Below, in pieces: positions 45,628 to 55,443 of a DNA stretch of 64,000 nucleotides. Within the stretch, counting starts at the first letter, position 1. Every line of letters starts with the position of its first letter. The stretch covers positions 689-64,688 of the forward strand of contig ONQC01000010.1 in NCBI GenBank assembly GCA_900319855.1, written 5' to 3'. The stretch comes from an uncultured Bacteroidales bacterium. GTDB taxonomy: Bacteria > Bacteroidota > Bacteroidia > Bacteroidales > UBA932. The position numbers were made by a program, and so were the translations under genes. A model generated the notes under the pieces. The model worked only from the letters and a program-made list of their open reading frames with translations, ran no database searches and had not been told where the DNA came from.

Positions 45628-47568
45628 ATGGCATTTCTCAAGTTTAACAAGCAAGAACTCGTGAACCTGTCCTATTCGCTCAGGAGGGAGATCATCCTCG
45701 CGAACAAGACGGGCGCGTGCTGCAACACGTCGATCGTGACCTGCAACACCCGCCGTTACCACGGGCTGCTTTCCGTTCCGGTGGATGCTTTCGGCGGGAA
45801 CAAGTACGTCCTGCTGTCTTCCCTGGATGAAAGCCTCGTCATCGGCGGCAAGCAGTTCAATCTCGGGATCCACTGCTACGGCGACATCTATGAGCCACGC
45901 GGTCACAAGTACATCGTGGACTTCGGTGCCGACCCGGTTCCGGAGATTGTCTACAAGGTCGGCGAAGTCATCTTCGCCAAGTCGATCTGCCTGGCTCCCG
46001 ACAAGGACCAGGTCCTGATCCGTTACGAGCTCCGTCAGGCGCCGGGCAAGGTCCGGCTGCTGCTCAAGCCCTTCCTGGGCTATCGTGATCTCCACTCCCT
46101 GACCCACCAGAATCCGCAGGCCCGCACCGACTACCGCGAGATCCGCCAGGGTGTCGCCTTCAACATGTATCCCGGCTTCCCGGACCTGAACCTGCAGCTC
46201 AGCTCCGCGAAGGCAGAATTCAAGTACAATCCCAACTGGTACATCGGCATCACCTATTCCGACGAGATGCGCCGCGGGTTTGACTGCCGCGAAGACCTCT
46301 TCGTTCCCGGCTGGTTCCAGTGCGAAATGGCCCCGGGGGAGAGCATCGTCTTCTCCGCCAGCGTCGAGGAAGTCGCTCCGCGCGGCCTGAAGGCCCGCTT
46401 CGACAAGATCCTCGCCGAGCGTCCGCAGGTGAACAGCTTCCATGACCAGCTGCTGCTGCGTGCCGACGTGCTCAAGCGCGACCGTGGCGGCCACAAGCAG
46501 ATCACGGCCGGTTTCTCCTGGCTGTACACCGGTCTTCTCCGCGAAACCCTACTGGCCCTTCCGGGCCTGACCCTGTATGCCAATGGCGACGGTAAGGAAT
46601 TCGAGGAAATCCTCGACAACCTGATCGCTGACGAGCAGGAACGCCTCTTCAGCCGCACGACCCAGGTCGAGGCTCCGTTGATGATGGCTTCCGTCCTGCA
46701 GGAGTACATCGCCTTCGGCGCCGATGCCCGCAAGGTGTGGAAGAAATACGGCGAGACGGTCCGCGGCATCGTCGAGAGCTATGGCCCGGGCCGCCGCCAC
46801 GAAGTCAGCCTGCAGCCGAACGGCCTGCTCTGGGCCCAGATGGACCGCACCGCCCTGTCCTGGATGAACGCCTACATCAACGGCTATCCTGTGACCGAGC
46901 GTGCCGGCTATCAGGTTGAAACCAACGCCTTTTGGTACAACATGCTCTGCTTCGCTATCGAAATGGAGCGCAAGTATACTTCCCCGCGCAGCCCGTTCAT
47001 CGCGCAGTGGTCCCCGGTCCGCGACGCGGCCGGCGAGAACTTCCAGCCGATGTTCTGGTATGAGCGCGGCGGCTATCTGGCCGACTATGTGGACAACTGG
47101 GGCCAGAACCTGGACGTCCGTCCCAACCAGCTGATGGCGGTCAGCCTGCCGTACAGCCCGGTCGACGACGAGGTGGCCAGCAGCGTGATGGCCGTGATCG
47201 CCAAGGAACTGGTGACCCGCCGCGGCATCCGCACCCTCAGCCCGCGCGACGTCAAGTACCGCGGTGTCTATGAGGGCTCCCAGACCGACCGTGACCTGGC
47301 CTACCACCAGGGCAGCACCCGCACCTTCCTGCTGAAACCCTATATCGAGACCGCCTTCAAGATGAACGGCGCGTCCTTCCGCGGAAAAGCCCAGTGGCTC
47401 TGCGAGGGTTTCTACGAAGACCTGGGCGACCACGGCGTGGGCGCCTTCTCCGAGCTGTATGACGGCGATCCGCCGCACCAGCCGCACGGGGCGATCTCCT
47501 ATGCCCCTTCGACCGCGGCCCTGCTGGGGATCGACTATATCATGGATCAATACAAGGAGGACGAATGA
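45628..47568 (+). CDS. Glycogen debranching enzyme (amylo-alpha-1,6-glucosidase, hGDE-like N-terminus)
   Basis: TRRYHGLL, AGFSW, LLWA, W.NA..G.PVTER.G..VE.NA.WYN, VRPNQ, YHQG, ELYDGDPPH...GAIS.A.S. Confidence 0.88.
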   Translation: MAFLKFNKQELVNLSYSLRREIILANKTGACCNTSIVTCNTRRYHGLLSVPVDAFGGNKYVLLSSLDESLVIGGKQFNLGIHCYGDIYEPRGHKYIVDFGADPVPEIVYKVGEVIFAKSICLAPDKDQVLIRYELRQAPGKVRLLLKPFLGYRDLHSLTHQNPQARTDYREIRQGVAFNMYPGFPDLNLQLSSAKAEFKYNPNWYIGITYSDEMRRGFDCREDLFVPGWFQCEMAPGESIVFSASVEEVAPRGLKARFDKILAERPQVNSFHDQLLLRADVLKRDRGGHKQITAGFSWLYTGLLRETLLALPGLTLYANGDGKEFEEILDNLIADEQERLFSRTTQVEAPLMMASVLQEYIAFGADARKVWKKYGETVRGIVESYGPGRRHEVSLQPNGLLWAQMDRTALSWMNAYINGYPVTERAGYQVETNAFWYNMLCFAIEMERKYTSPRSPFIAQWSPVRDAAGENFQPMFWYERGGYLADYVDNWGQNLDVRPNQLMAVSLPYSPVDDEVASSVMAVIAKELVTRRGIRTLSPRDVKYRGVYEGSQTDRDLAYHQGSTRTFLLKPYIETAFKMNGASFRGKAQWLCEGFYEDLGDHGVGAFSELYDGDPPHQPHGAISYAPSTAALLGIDYIMDQYKEDE

Positions 47569-48860
47569 TGAGAGTCTTGATGTTCGGATGGGAGTTTCCT
47601 CCCCATATCGCCGGCGGTTTGGGTACTGCCTGCGAAGGAATTGTCCGGGGCCTGGCCTACAACGGCGTGAAGACCCTGTTTGTCATGCCGTCCGCCTCCG
47701 GTGACGAAGACCAGAGCGCGACGACGATCATCAATGCGAGCGACGTCCCGGTGTCCTTCACCGAGAACCTGGATGTGTCGGAGTTCCTGGACAAGGTCCA
47801 GTTCGTGCACATCGGCACCAACATGGTCCCGTACTGCGACCCGGAAGAGTTCCACAACCTGGTGGAAGAAGACCGCCGTCGCCAGGAACAGGATTTCAAG
47901 GTCCATCTCGGCGAGAAATACAAATTCTCCGGCAAATACGGCTCTAACCTCATGGAAGAGGTGGCCCGTTACGCCATGGTGGGCGGCACGATCGCCATGC
48001 AGCGCAAGGATGAATTCGATGTCATCCACGCCCACGACTGGCTGACCTATTACGCCGGTATCGCGGCCAAGCGCCTGACCGGAAAGCCGCTGGTGGTCCA
48101 TGTCCATGCGACCTCCTTCGACCGCGGCAGCGTCGACAACATCGACACCCGCGTCTACGCCATCGAGCGCCGCGGCATGGAAGCCGCCGACAAGGTCATC
48201 ACCGTGAGCGACCTGACCCGCAACATCGTCATCAGCAAGTACGGCATCGATCCGGCCAAGGTCGTGACGGTCCACAACGCCGTGGACTTCAGCGGCCGTG
48301 ATGACATGCACGTGGAACGGGGCATCACCGACAAGGTCGTGACCTTCCTCGGCCGCATCACCTTCCAGAAGGGTCCGGAATATTTCATCGAAGCCGCCGC
48401 GAAGGTCCTCAAGCGGACCGAGCACGTTCGCTTCGTGATGGCCGGCAGCGGTGACATGATGAACCGCAGCATCCGCCAGGTCGCCCGCCTGGGCATCTCC
48501 GACCGCTTCCACTTCACCGGCTTCCTGCGGGGCGCCGACGTGCAGAAGATGTTCGCCCTGTCGGACGTTTATGTCATGCCGTCCGTCTCCGAGCCGTTCG
48601 GCATCTCTCCGCTGGAGGCGATGCGGACCGGCGTGCCGTCCGTGATTTCCAAGCAGAGCGGTGCCGCCGAGGTCCTCAAATACGCCTTCAAGGTGGACTT
48701 CTGGGACGTGGACGCCATGGCCGACCAGATCTACGGCCTGATCCAGTATCCCGCCCTTGCCTCCTTCGCCGCCCGTGCCGGCTACGACGAAGTAAACACG
48801 CTCAAGTGGAACAACGCCGCTGCAAAAATGAAGAAAGTTTACGAATCAGTTGTAAAATAA
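47565..48860 (+). CDS. Glycosyltransferase family 4 (glycogen/alpha-glucan synthesis associated)
   Basis: GWEFPPHIAGGLG, IHAHDWLT, HATSFDR, FLGRIT.QKGP, PSVSEPFGISPLEA (EX7E). Confidence 0.9.
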   Translation: MMRVLMFGWEFPPHIAGGLGTACEGIVRGLAYNGVKTLFVMPSASGDEDQSATTIINASDVPVSFTENLDVSEFLDKVQFVHIGTNMVPYCDPEEFHNLVEEDRRRQEQDFKVHLGEKYKFSGKYGSNLMEEVARYAMVGGTIAMQRKDEFDVIHAHDWLTYYAGIAAKRLTGKPLVVHVHATSFDRGSVDNIDTRVYAIERRGMEAADKVITVSDLTRNIVISKYGIDPAKVVTVHNAVDFSGRDDMHVERGITDKVVTFLGRITFQKGPEYFIEAAAKVLKRTEHVRFVMAGSGDMMNRSIRQVARLGISDRFHFTGFLRGADVQKMFALSDVYVMPSVSEPFGISPLEAMRTGVPSVISKQSGAAEVLKYAFKVDFWDVDAMADQIYGLIQYPALASFAARAGYDEVNTLKWNNAAAKMKKVYESVVK

Positions 48861-48866
48861 GGTATT

Positions 48867-50219
48867 ATGGCCAAGAAAGATATTTGCCTGTATTTCCAGG
48901 TCCACCAGCCTACCCGCCTCCGTCTCTACCGTTTCTTCGATATCGGTAAAGACTCCCATTACTACGATGATTTCGCCAACCGGACCATCCTCCGCCGGGT
49001 GGCCCAGAAGTGTTACCTCCCCATGAACGAGCTGCTGCTCGAGCTGATCCAGCGGTACAATGGCGCCTTCAAGGTGGCGTTCTCGATCTCCGGATCCGCG
49101 ATCGAACAGTTCGACCGGTATGCCCCGGAGGTGCTCGACAGCTTCCGCAAGCTGGCCGATACCGGCTGCGTGGAATTCCTGGCCGAGACCTATTACCATT
49201 CCCTGGCCTCCCTGGCCCAGCCGGGCGAGTTCCGCCTGCAGGTCGACAAGCACAAGGCGGCCGTCGAGCAGTATTTCGGCGTGACCCCGGTGAGCTTCCG
49301 CAATACCGAGCTGATCTACTCCAACGGCATCGGCGAAATGGTCTATGACATGGGCTTCAAGACCATGCTGACCGAAGGCGCCCGCCACATCATGGGCTGG
49401 CAGAGCCCGAACTATGTCTATGCCGACGAGACCCAGCCGAAGCTCAAGCTCCTGCTGCGCAACTACAACCTCAGCGACGACATCGCCTTCCGTTTCTCCG
49501 ACCGGAGCTGGGAAGACTGGCCGCTGACCGCGGACAAGTACCTGGCCTGGCTGAAAGCCGGCGTCAAGGATGGCGGCAGCGTCATCAACCTGTTCATGGA
49601 CTACGAGACCTTCGGCGAGCACCAGAGCGCCCAGAGCGGCATCTTCGACTTCATGCGCGCCCTTCCGGAAGCGGTCATCGCTGACGGTACCTTCCAGTTC
49701 GAGACCCCGGCCGCGGTGGCCAAGGCCCACAAGGCCGTCGGTACCATCGATGTCCCGGAACCGATCTCCTGGGCGGACGAGGAGCGTGACGTGACCGCAT
49801 GGCTCGGCAACGAGCTCCAGCAGGATGCCTTCAACAAGATCTACGGCCTGTATGAAAAGCTCGCGATCGTCAATGCGCCGAACCTGTGGAACGACTTCGG
49901 TCACCTGCAGGAAAGCGACCACTTCTATTACATGTGTACGAAGTTCTTCTCCGACGGCGAGGTCCACAAGTACTTCAACCCGTACGACACCCCGTATGAG
50001 GCTTTTATCAATTACATGAACGCCCTGAGCGACTTCAGCATCCGCGTGGACCACGATTATGCCCTGGCGGAGAACAAGGAAGCCGCCCCGGCCCCCGTCT
50101 ACTCCGCCCCGGCGCCGAAGAAGGCTCCGGCCAAGAAAGCCCCTGCGAAGAAAACCCCTGCCAAAGCGGCGGCCGAAAAGGCTCCCGCCAAGCGTAAACC
50201 GACAGCGAAAAAGAAATAA
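48867..50219 (+). CDS. GH57 alpha-amylase family protein with Lys/Ala/Pro-rich tail
   Basis: YFQVHQP, CYLP, ETYYHSL, FRNTEL (nucleophile), SDDIAFRFS, FMDYETFGEHQ, SWADEERD..AWLGN, QESDHFYYM. Confidence 0.92.
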   Translation: MAKKDICLYFQVHQPTRLRLYRFFDIGKDSHYYDDFANRTILRRVAQKCYLPMNELLLELIQRYNGAFKVAFSISGSAIEQFDRYAPEVLDSFRKLADTGCVEFLAETYYHSLASLAQPGEFRLQVDKHKAAVEQYFGVTPVSFRNTELIYSNGIGEMVYDMGFKTMLTEGARHIMGWQSPNYVYADETQPKLKLLLRNYNLSDDIAFRFSDRSWEDWPLTADKYLAWLKAGVKDGGSVINLFMDYETFGEHQSAQSGIFDFMRALPEAVIADGTFQFETPAAVAKAHKAVGTIDVPEPISWADEERDVTAWLGNELQQDAFNKIYGLYEKLAIVNAPNLWNDFGHLQESDHFYYMCTKFFSDGEVHKYFNPYDTPYEAFINYMNALSDFSIRVDHDYALAENKEAAPAPVYSAPAPKKAPAKKAPAKKTPAKAAAEKAPAKRKPTAKKK

Positions 50220-53200
50220 TGGCTAAGAAAACACTGGTTCCGGACTATCTGTTCGAGGTAAGCTGGGAAGTTTGCAACAAAGTAGGTGGCATTTACACCG
50301 TTATCGCGACCAAGTCTTTGCACTTGAAGTCAGAACTCGGACAGCACCACATCCTCATCGGTCCGGACGTCTGGATGAACACCGATGACAATCCCGATTT
50401 CACGGAGGACATCCATCTTTTCAAGGCTTGGAAGGCTCGCGCCGCCCAGGACGGAATCCAGGTCCGCATCGGACGCTGGAACGTGCCCGGGCGGCCGATT
50501 GCCATCCTGGTCGACTATAAACAATTCCTGCCCGATACCGACCGGATCCTCGGCGAATACTGGAAACAGTTCGGCGTGGATTCCATCACCGGCAACTGGG
50601 ACTACAAGGAGAACGCCCTGTTCGGTGATGTCGCCGGACGGGTCATCGAGAGTTTCTACAAGGAGAACCTGGGACCTTCCTACAAGGTGGTCGCCCAGTT
50701 CCACGAGTGGCAGACCGCGTCCGGCCTGCTCTACCTGAAGTCCTGTAAAATCCCTGTGGCGACGGTCTTTACGACCCATGCGACCATGATGGGCCGCTGC
50801 ATCGCCGGCAACAATCTCCCGCTCTATGACAAGATGGAGACCTACAACGCCGACGAAATGGCCGCGCGTTTCGGCGTGACGGCCCGGCATTCCATGGAGG
50901 CGAAGGGCGCGGAGAACGCGGATGCCTTCACCACCGTCAGCGAGATTACGGCCCGCGAATGCGCGCAGTTCCTCCATCGCCCGGTCGACGTGGTGACCCC
51001 GAACGGCTTCGAGAACAGTTTCACCCCGGCGACGGACGAAGAGTATGCGCAGAAGCGCTCGGCGGCCCGCGCACGCCTGGTGGAAGTGGCCGGTGCGATG
51101 TCCGGAGAAGTCGTTGCGCCGGATTCCATTTTCATGGCCATCGGCGGCCGGTATGAATACCACAACAAGGGCATTGACGTGTTCATCGACGCCCTGGGCC
51201 AGATGCAGGATTGGAAAGGCCGTGAGATCCACGCCTTCATCATGATCCCCGCTGCGCACAACGGCGCGGACAAGGCCCTGCAGGCCAAATTGACCGACGG
51301 CGGCGACGAGCGCTATTCGACCCAGACTTCGCACAACCTGGCCTATCCCGAGAATGACCAGGTGACCCGTCGCTTCCGCGAACTCGGCCTGATCAATGCC
51401 GTGGGCTGCCGCGTGAAGGTCTACTTCGTCCCGTCCTACCTCAACGGTAACGACGGCATCTTCAACATGAAGTACTATGACCTGCTGGTCGGCATGGACC
51501 TGGCCCTCTTCCCGTCCTACTACGAGCCGTGGGGCTACACCCCGCTTGAGGCGCTGGCCTTCCGGGTCCCGACCCTGACCACGAGCCTGGCCGGTTTCGG
51601 CCTCTGGGTCCGCGACCACTACAAGAAGAAGAACCATCCGGGCATCACGGTTGTCGAGCGCAACGATTCCAATTACGACGAGGTGGTCGAAGCCGTCAAG
51701 GCCCGCATCCGCGAGATCGCCGGGCTGGACAAGACACAGCGTGCCACCTATATGGAGAATGCCCGTGACGTGGCCTCCATCGCCCTCTGGCAGAACCAGA
51801 TCGCTTATTACAAGGAGGCTTATTCCATCGCCCTCGGCAAGGTCGCCGATGCCGCTGCGAGCCTTCCTGAAACACAACATAAACCCATGAGATACGAAAA
51901 AATCGAAGTCAATGCTCCCTCCTGGACGAGTGTCATGGTGACACGCCACCTTCCTGCGGAGCTCTCCGGTCTTGAGACCCTTGCGAAAAACCTCTGGTGG
52001 TGCTGGAACGACAGCGCCAAGGCCCTGTTCAAGGCCGTCGATCCCGAGGTCTGGCACAAGTCCGGCCACAACCCGAAGGTCATCCTTGATACGATCAGCC
52101 TGAAGCGTTTCAACGAGCTGGCAAAGAACGAGGCTTTCCTTGCCCAGCTGAACGACGTCATGGACGAGTTCAACACCTACATGGCCGCGAAGGCCGAACG
52201 GACCGATCCTTCCATCGCCTATTTCTGCATGGAATACGGACTTGACACTTCCCTGAAGATTTACTCCGGCGGCCTGGGCATCCTGGCCGGCGATTACCTG
52301 AAAGATACCTCCGACATGAATGTCAACCTGGTCGCCGTCGGCCTGCTGTACCGCTATGGCTACTTCACCCAGATGCTGACCGCCCAGGGTTACCAGGAGG
52401 CACGCTATGAGGCCCAGAACTTCCTGAACATCCCGGCCGAGCCGGTATTGGACGCGGAAGGCAAGTGGGTGACCACCCAGGTCGCCCTTCCGGGCCGCAA
52501 CCTGAGCGCCCGCCTGTGGAAAGTCGAGGTCGGCCGCACCGACCTGTACCTGCTGGATGCCGATTATGAGGCCAACCGTCCGGAAGACCGCGAGGTGACC
52601 CACCAGCTGTATGGCGGCAACTGGGAGAACCGGCTCAAGCAGGAACTCCTCCTCGGTTTCGGCGGTATCCGCGCCCTGCGCGCCCTCGGCATGAATCCGC
52701 AGATCTATCACTGCAACGAAGGCCATGCCGCTTTCATCGGCCTGGAGCGCCTGCGCGAATACATCGAGAACGATGACCTGAGCTTCCCGGAGGCCATGGA
52801 AGTCGTGCGGGCTTCCTCGCTCTTCACGACCCATACCCCGGTCCCTGCCGGCCACGATGCCTTCGACGAGGGCATGATGCGTATGTACCTGGGCTACTTC
52901 CCGGCCCGCCTGAAGGTGGACTGGGAGACCATGATGGGTCTGGGCAAACACAACGCCACCGATCCGAACGAAAAGTTCTCCATGAGCCTGCTCGCGGCCA
53001 ACATCAGCCAGAATATCAATGGCGTGTCCATGCTGCACGGCAAGGTCAGCCAGGACATCTTCGCCAGCATGTACCCGGGCTACCTCCCGGAGGAACTGCA
53101 TGTCAGCTACGTGACCAACGGTGTCCATTATCCGACCTGGTGCGCCAAGGAATGGAAGCTCGCGGACAAGGAAGTGTTCGGCGAGGAATTCCAGACCCAT

Positions 53201-54451
53201 CACTATGACCTCAAGTGCTTCGAAGGCATCTACAAGATTTCCGACGAGGTGGTGTGGAACATCCGCAAACGCCTCAAGAAGAACTTGACCGACTTCATCA
53301 AGGAGCGCCTCTCCGACCCGACGATGAGCAGCCACTACTCCCCGCGCGAGATCATGACCATCAAGGACACCCTCCGCGACGACGTGCTGACCATCGGCTT
53401 CGCCCGCCGGTTTGCGACGTACAAGCGCGCGACCCTGTTGTTCAGCGACTTGGACCGTCTCGATGAGATCGTCAACAACCCGAAGATGCCGGTCCAGTTC
53501 TTCTTCGCCGGCAAGGCCCACCCGGCTGACAAGGCCGGCCAGGACCTGATCAAGCGCATCGTGGACATCTCCAAGGAACCTCGCTTCATCGGCAAGATCG
53601 TCTTCATCCCGGGCTACGACATCACCCTCGCCAAACGCATGGTCCAGGGCGTGGACGTCTGGATGAACAACCCGACCCGTCCGCAGGAAGCCTCCGGTAC
53701 ATCCGGCGAGAAGGCCGCGATGAACGGTGTCATGCACTTCTCCGTCCTCGACGGTTGGTGGGTGGAAGGCTACAAGCCGGGCGCCGGCTGGGCCCTCCAG
53801 CAGGAACGCACCTATGACGACCAGCACTACCAGGACGAACTCGATTCCGCAACGATCTATACGATCCTCGAAAACGAGATCGCCCCGATCTACTACGACA
53901 AGGACTATGTGACCGACCGCAGCACCCGCTGGATCGAATACATCAAGAACTGCATCGCCCAGGTGGCCTGCAACTTCACGACCAACCGGATGCTGACCGA
54001 CTACTGCAACCAGTACTACGTTCCGCAGGCCGAGCGTACCGCCCACATCGTGGCGGACGACTACAAGGCCGCCCGCGAGATCGCTGCGTGGAAAAAGCAC
54101 GTCGAGCGCCAGTGGGGCAACATCGACGTCGTGTCCTACACGAAACCGGACGCCTCCTACAACCTGGCTCCGGGTGCCCATATGCAGAGCGAAGTGGTCC
54201 TGAACATCGGTGACCTGACCCCGGACGATATCGGCGTGGAGATGCTCTTCTGCACCACCGACCGCAAGGGTCGCCTGCACATCCAGGACAAGACCGAGTT
54301 CGAGGTGGCCGAGTTTACCGACAGCGTGGCCAAGTACCGTACGTCCATCCTTCCGGAGCGGACCGGTATGTACCAGGTTGCGACCCGTATCTACGCCAAG
54401 AACCCGCAGCTCCCGCACAGGCAGGACTTCGGACTCGTCAGATGGTTGTAG
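50219..54451 (+). CDS. glgP: Fusion of glycogen synthase (GT3, N-terminal ~550 aa) and alpha-glucan phosphorylase (GT35, C-terminal ~850 aa)
   Basis: GT3: SWEVCNKVGGIYTV, FTTHAT..GR, PNG, PSYYEPWGYTPLE. GT35: NLWWCW, YSGGLGILAGD, HCNEGH, THTPVPAGHD, FARRFATYKRA, GKAHPAD, EASGTSGEK (PLP Lys). No stop codon between them. Confidence 0.93.
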   Translation: MAKKTLVPDYLFEVSWEVCNKVGGIYTVIATKSLHLKSELGQHHILIGPDVWMNTDDNPDFTEDIHLFKAWKARAAQDGIQVRIGRWNVPGRPIAILVDYKQFLPDTDRILGEYWKQFGVDSITGNWDYKENALFGDVAGRVIESFYKENLGPSYKVVAQFHEWQTASGLLYLKSCKIPVATVFTTHATMMGRCIAGNNLPLYDKMETYNADEMAARFGVTARHSMEAKGAENADAFTTVSEITARECAQFLHRPVDVVTPNGFENSFTPATDEEYAQKRSAARARLVEVAGAMSGEVVAPDSIFMAIGGRYEYHNKGIDVFIDALGQMQDWKGREIHAFIMIPAAHNGADKALQAKLTDGGDERYSTQTSHNLAYPENDQVTRRFRELGLINAVGCRVKVYFVPSYLNGNDGIFNMKYYDLLVGMDLALFPSYYEPWGYTPLEALAFRVPTLTTSLAGFGLWVRDHYKKKNHPGITVVERNDSNYDEVVEAVKARIREIAGLDKTQRATYMENARDVASIALWQNQIAYYKEAYSIALGKVADAAASLPETQHKPMRYEKIEVNAPSWTSVMVTRHLPAELSGLETLAKNLWWCWNDSAKALFKAVDPEVWHKSGHNPKVILDTISLKRFNELAKNEAFLAQLNDVMDEFNTYMAAKAERTDPSIAYFCMEYGLDTSLKIYSGGLGILAGDYLKDTSDMNVNLVAVGLLYRYGYFTQMLTAQGYQEARYEAQNFLNIPAEPVLDAEGKWVTTQVALPGRNLSARLWKVEVGRTDLYLLDADYEANRPEDREVTHQLYGGNWENRLKQELLLGFGGIRALRALGMNPQIYHCNEGHAAFIGLERLREYIENDDLSFPEAMEVVRASSLFTTHTPVPAGHDAFDEGMMRMYLGYFPARLKVDWETMMGLGKHNATDPNEKFSMSLLAANISQNINGVSMLHGKVSQDIFASMYPGYLPEELHVSYVTNGVHYPTWCAKEWKLADKEVFGEEFQTHHYDLKCFEGIYKISDEVVWNIRKRLKKNLTDFIKERLSDPTMSSHYSPREIMTIKDTLRDDVLTIGFARRFATYKRATLLFSDLDRLDEIVNNPKMPVQFFFAGKAHPADKAGQDLIKRIVDISKEPRFIGKIVFIPGYDITLAKRMVQGVDVWMNNPTRPQEASGTSGEKAAMNGVMHFSVLDGWWVEGYKPGAGWALQQERTYDDQHYQDELDSATIYTILENEIAPIYYDKDYVTDRSTRWIEYIKNCIAQVACNFTTNRMLTDYCNQYYVPQAERTAHIVADDYKAAREIAAWKKHVERQWGNIDVVSYTKPDASYNLAPGAHMQSEVVLNIGDLTPDDIGVEMLFCTTDRKGRLHIQDKTEFEVAEFTDSVAKYRTSILPERTGMYQVATRIYAKNPQLPHRQDFGLVRWL

Positions 54452-55335
54452 CAACCGGATTTTTCGACGGTGTCCATCTTGGGCACCGTCTTGTCTTGGG
54501 ACAGCTCGTGGCCGCCGCGAAGGAGCGGAACACCTCCTCCACGGTGGTCACTTTCTGGCCCCATCCCCGGACCGTGCTCCAGGACGGGGCGCGGGACCTG
54601 CGGCTCCTGACGACCCTCGAAGAGAAAAAGACGCTGCTCCGGGAAATCGGGATCGACCGCGTGGAAATCGTTCCGTTCACCCGGGCATTCAGCCGGATGT
54701 CTACGGAACAGTATCTCAGGGACTTCCTGATTGGTCGTCTGGGTGCCAAGACCCTCCTGCTGGGCTACGACAACCGCATCGGCCATGACGCTGGTTCGCC
54801 GGACCAGATCCAGGCCGTCGCCGAAGGCCTCGGACTCGAGGTGATCCGCACCGACCGGCTCGACCTTCCGGGCGAGCTGACCGTCTCTTCGACCAAGATC
54901 CGGCATGCCCTGGAAGCCGGGGACATCCCGCTCGCCACCCGGATGCTCGGGTACCGCTACAGCCTGCTGGGCGTGGTGGTCGCCGGCAACCGCCTGGGCC
55001 GGAAGATGGGCTTCCCGACGGCCAATATGCAGCTGTACGAGCCGCTGAAACTGATTCCCGGAAATGGGGTCTATCACGTTGAGGTAGAGACGCTTGGAGA
55101 GAAATTCAACGGCATGTGCAACATCGGTGTCCGGCCGACAGTGGGGCAGGGGAACGCCAAGACGGTCGAGACCCACATCTTCGGGTTCGACCAGGATATC
55201 TATGGGCTGGATATCCGCGTGACCTTCCTGGAGAAAATCCGGGACGAACGCCGTTTCGGTTCCCTGGAGGAACTGGCGGCACAACTGGCTGCAGACCGTG
55301 ACCGCTGCCTGGCGTTGCAGGCGGCTCGCAAATAA
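54442..55335 (+). CDS. ribF: Bifunctional riboflavin kinase/FAD synthetase
   Basis: GFFDGVHLGH, TFWPHP, GYDNR.G, VSSTKIR, LGR.MGFPTAN, GVY, NIGVRPT, ETHIF, IRDERRF. Confidence 0.95.
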   Translation: MVVATGFFDGVHLGHRLVLGQLVAAAKERNTSSTVVTFWPHPRTVLQDGARDLRLLTTLEEKKTLLREIGIDRVEIVPFTRAFSRMSTEQYLRDFLIGRLGAKTLLLGYDNRIGHDAGSPDQIQAVAEGLGLEVIRTDRLDLPGELTVSSTKIRHALEAGDIPLATRMLGYRYSLLGVVVAGNRLGRKMGFPTANMQLYEPLKLIPGNGVYHVEVETLGEKFNGMCNIGVRPTVGQGNAKTVETHIFGFDQDIYGLDIRVTFLEKIRDERRFGSLEELAAQLAADRDRCLALQAARK

Positions 55336-55366
55336 AGTTTTTTGGCGGATAATCGGGAAAAATGAT

Positions 55367-55374
55367 TATCTTTG
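55367..55374 (+). promoter_or_regulatory. Bacteroidetes -7 box (TATCTTTG) for the greA unit
   Basis: Exact TAnnTTTG in the intergenic region. Confidence 0.6.
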
Positions 55375-55443
55375 CCTCGTAACAAGGGTTCTGTCATCGG
55401 GCAGGACTCCTTTTTAATTATGTTTGACTAACCCACATTGATT

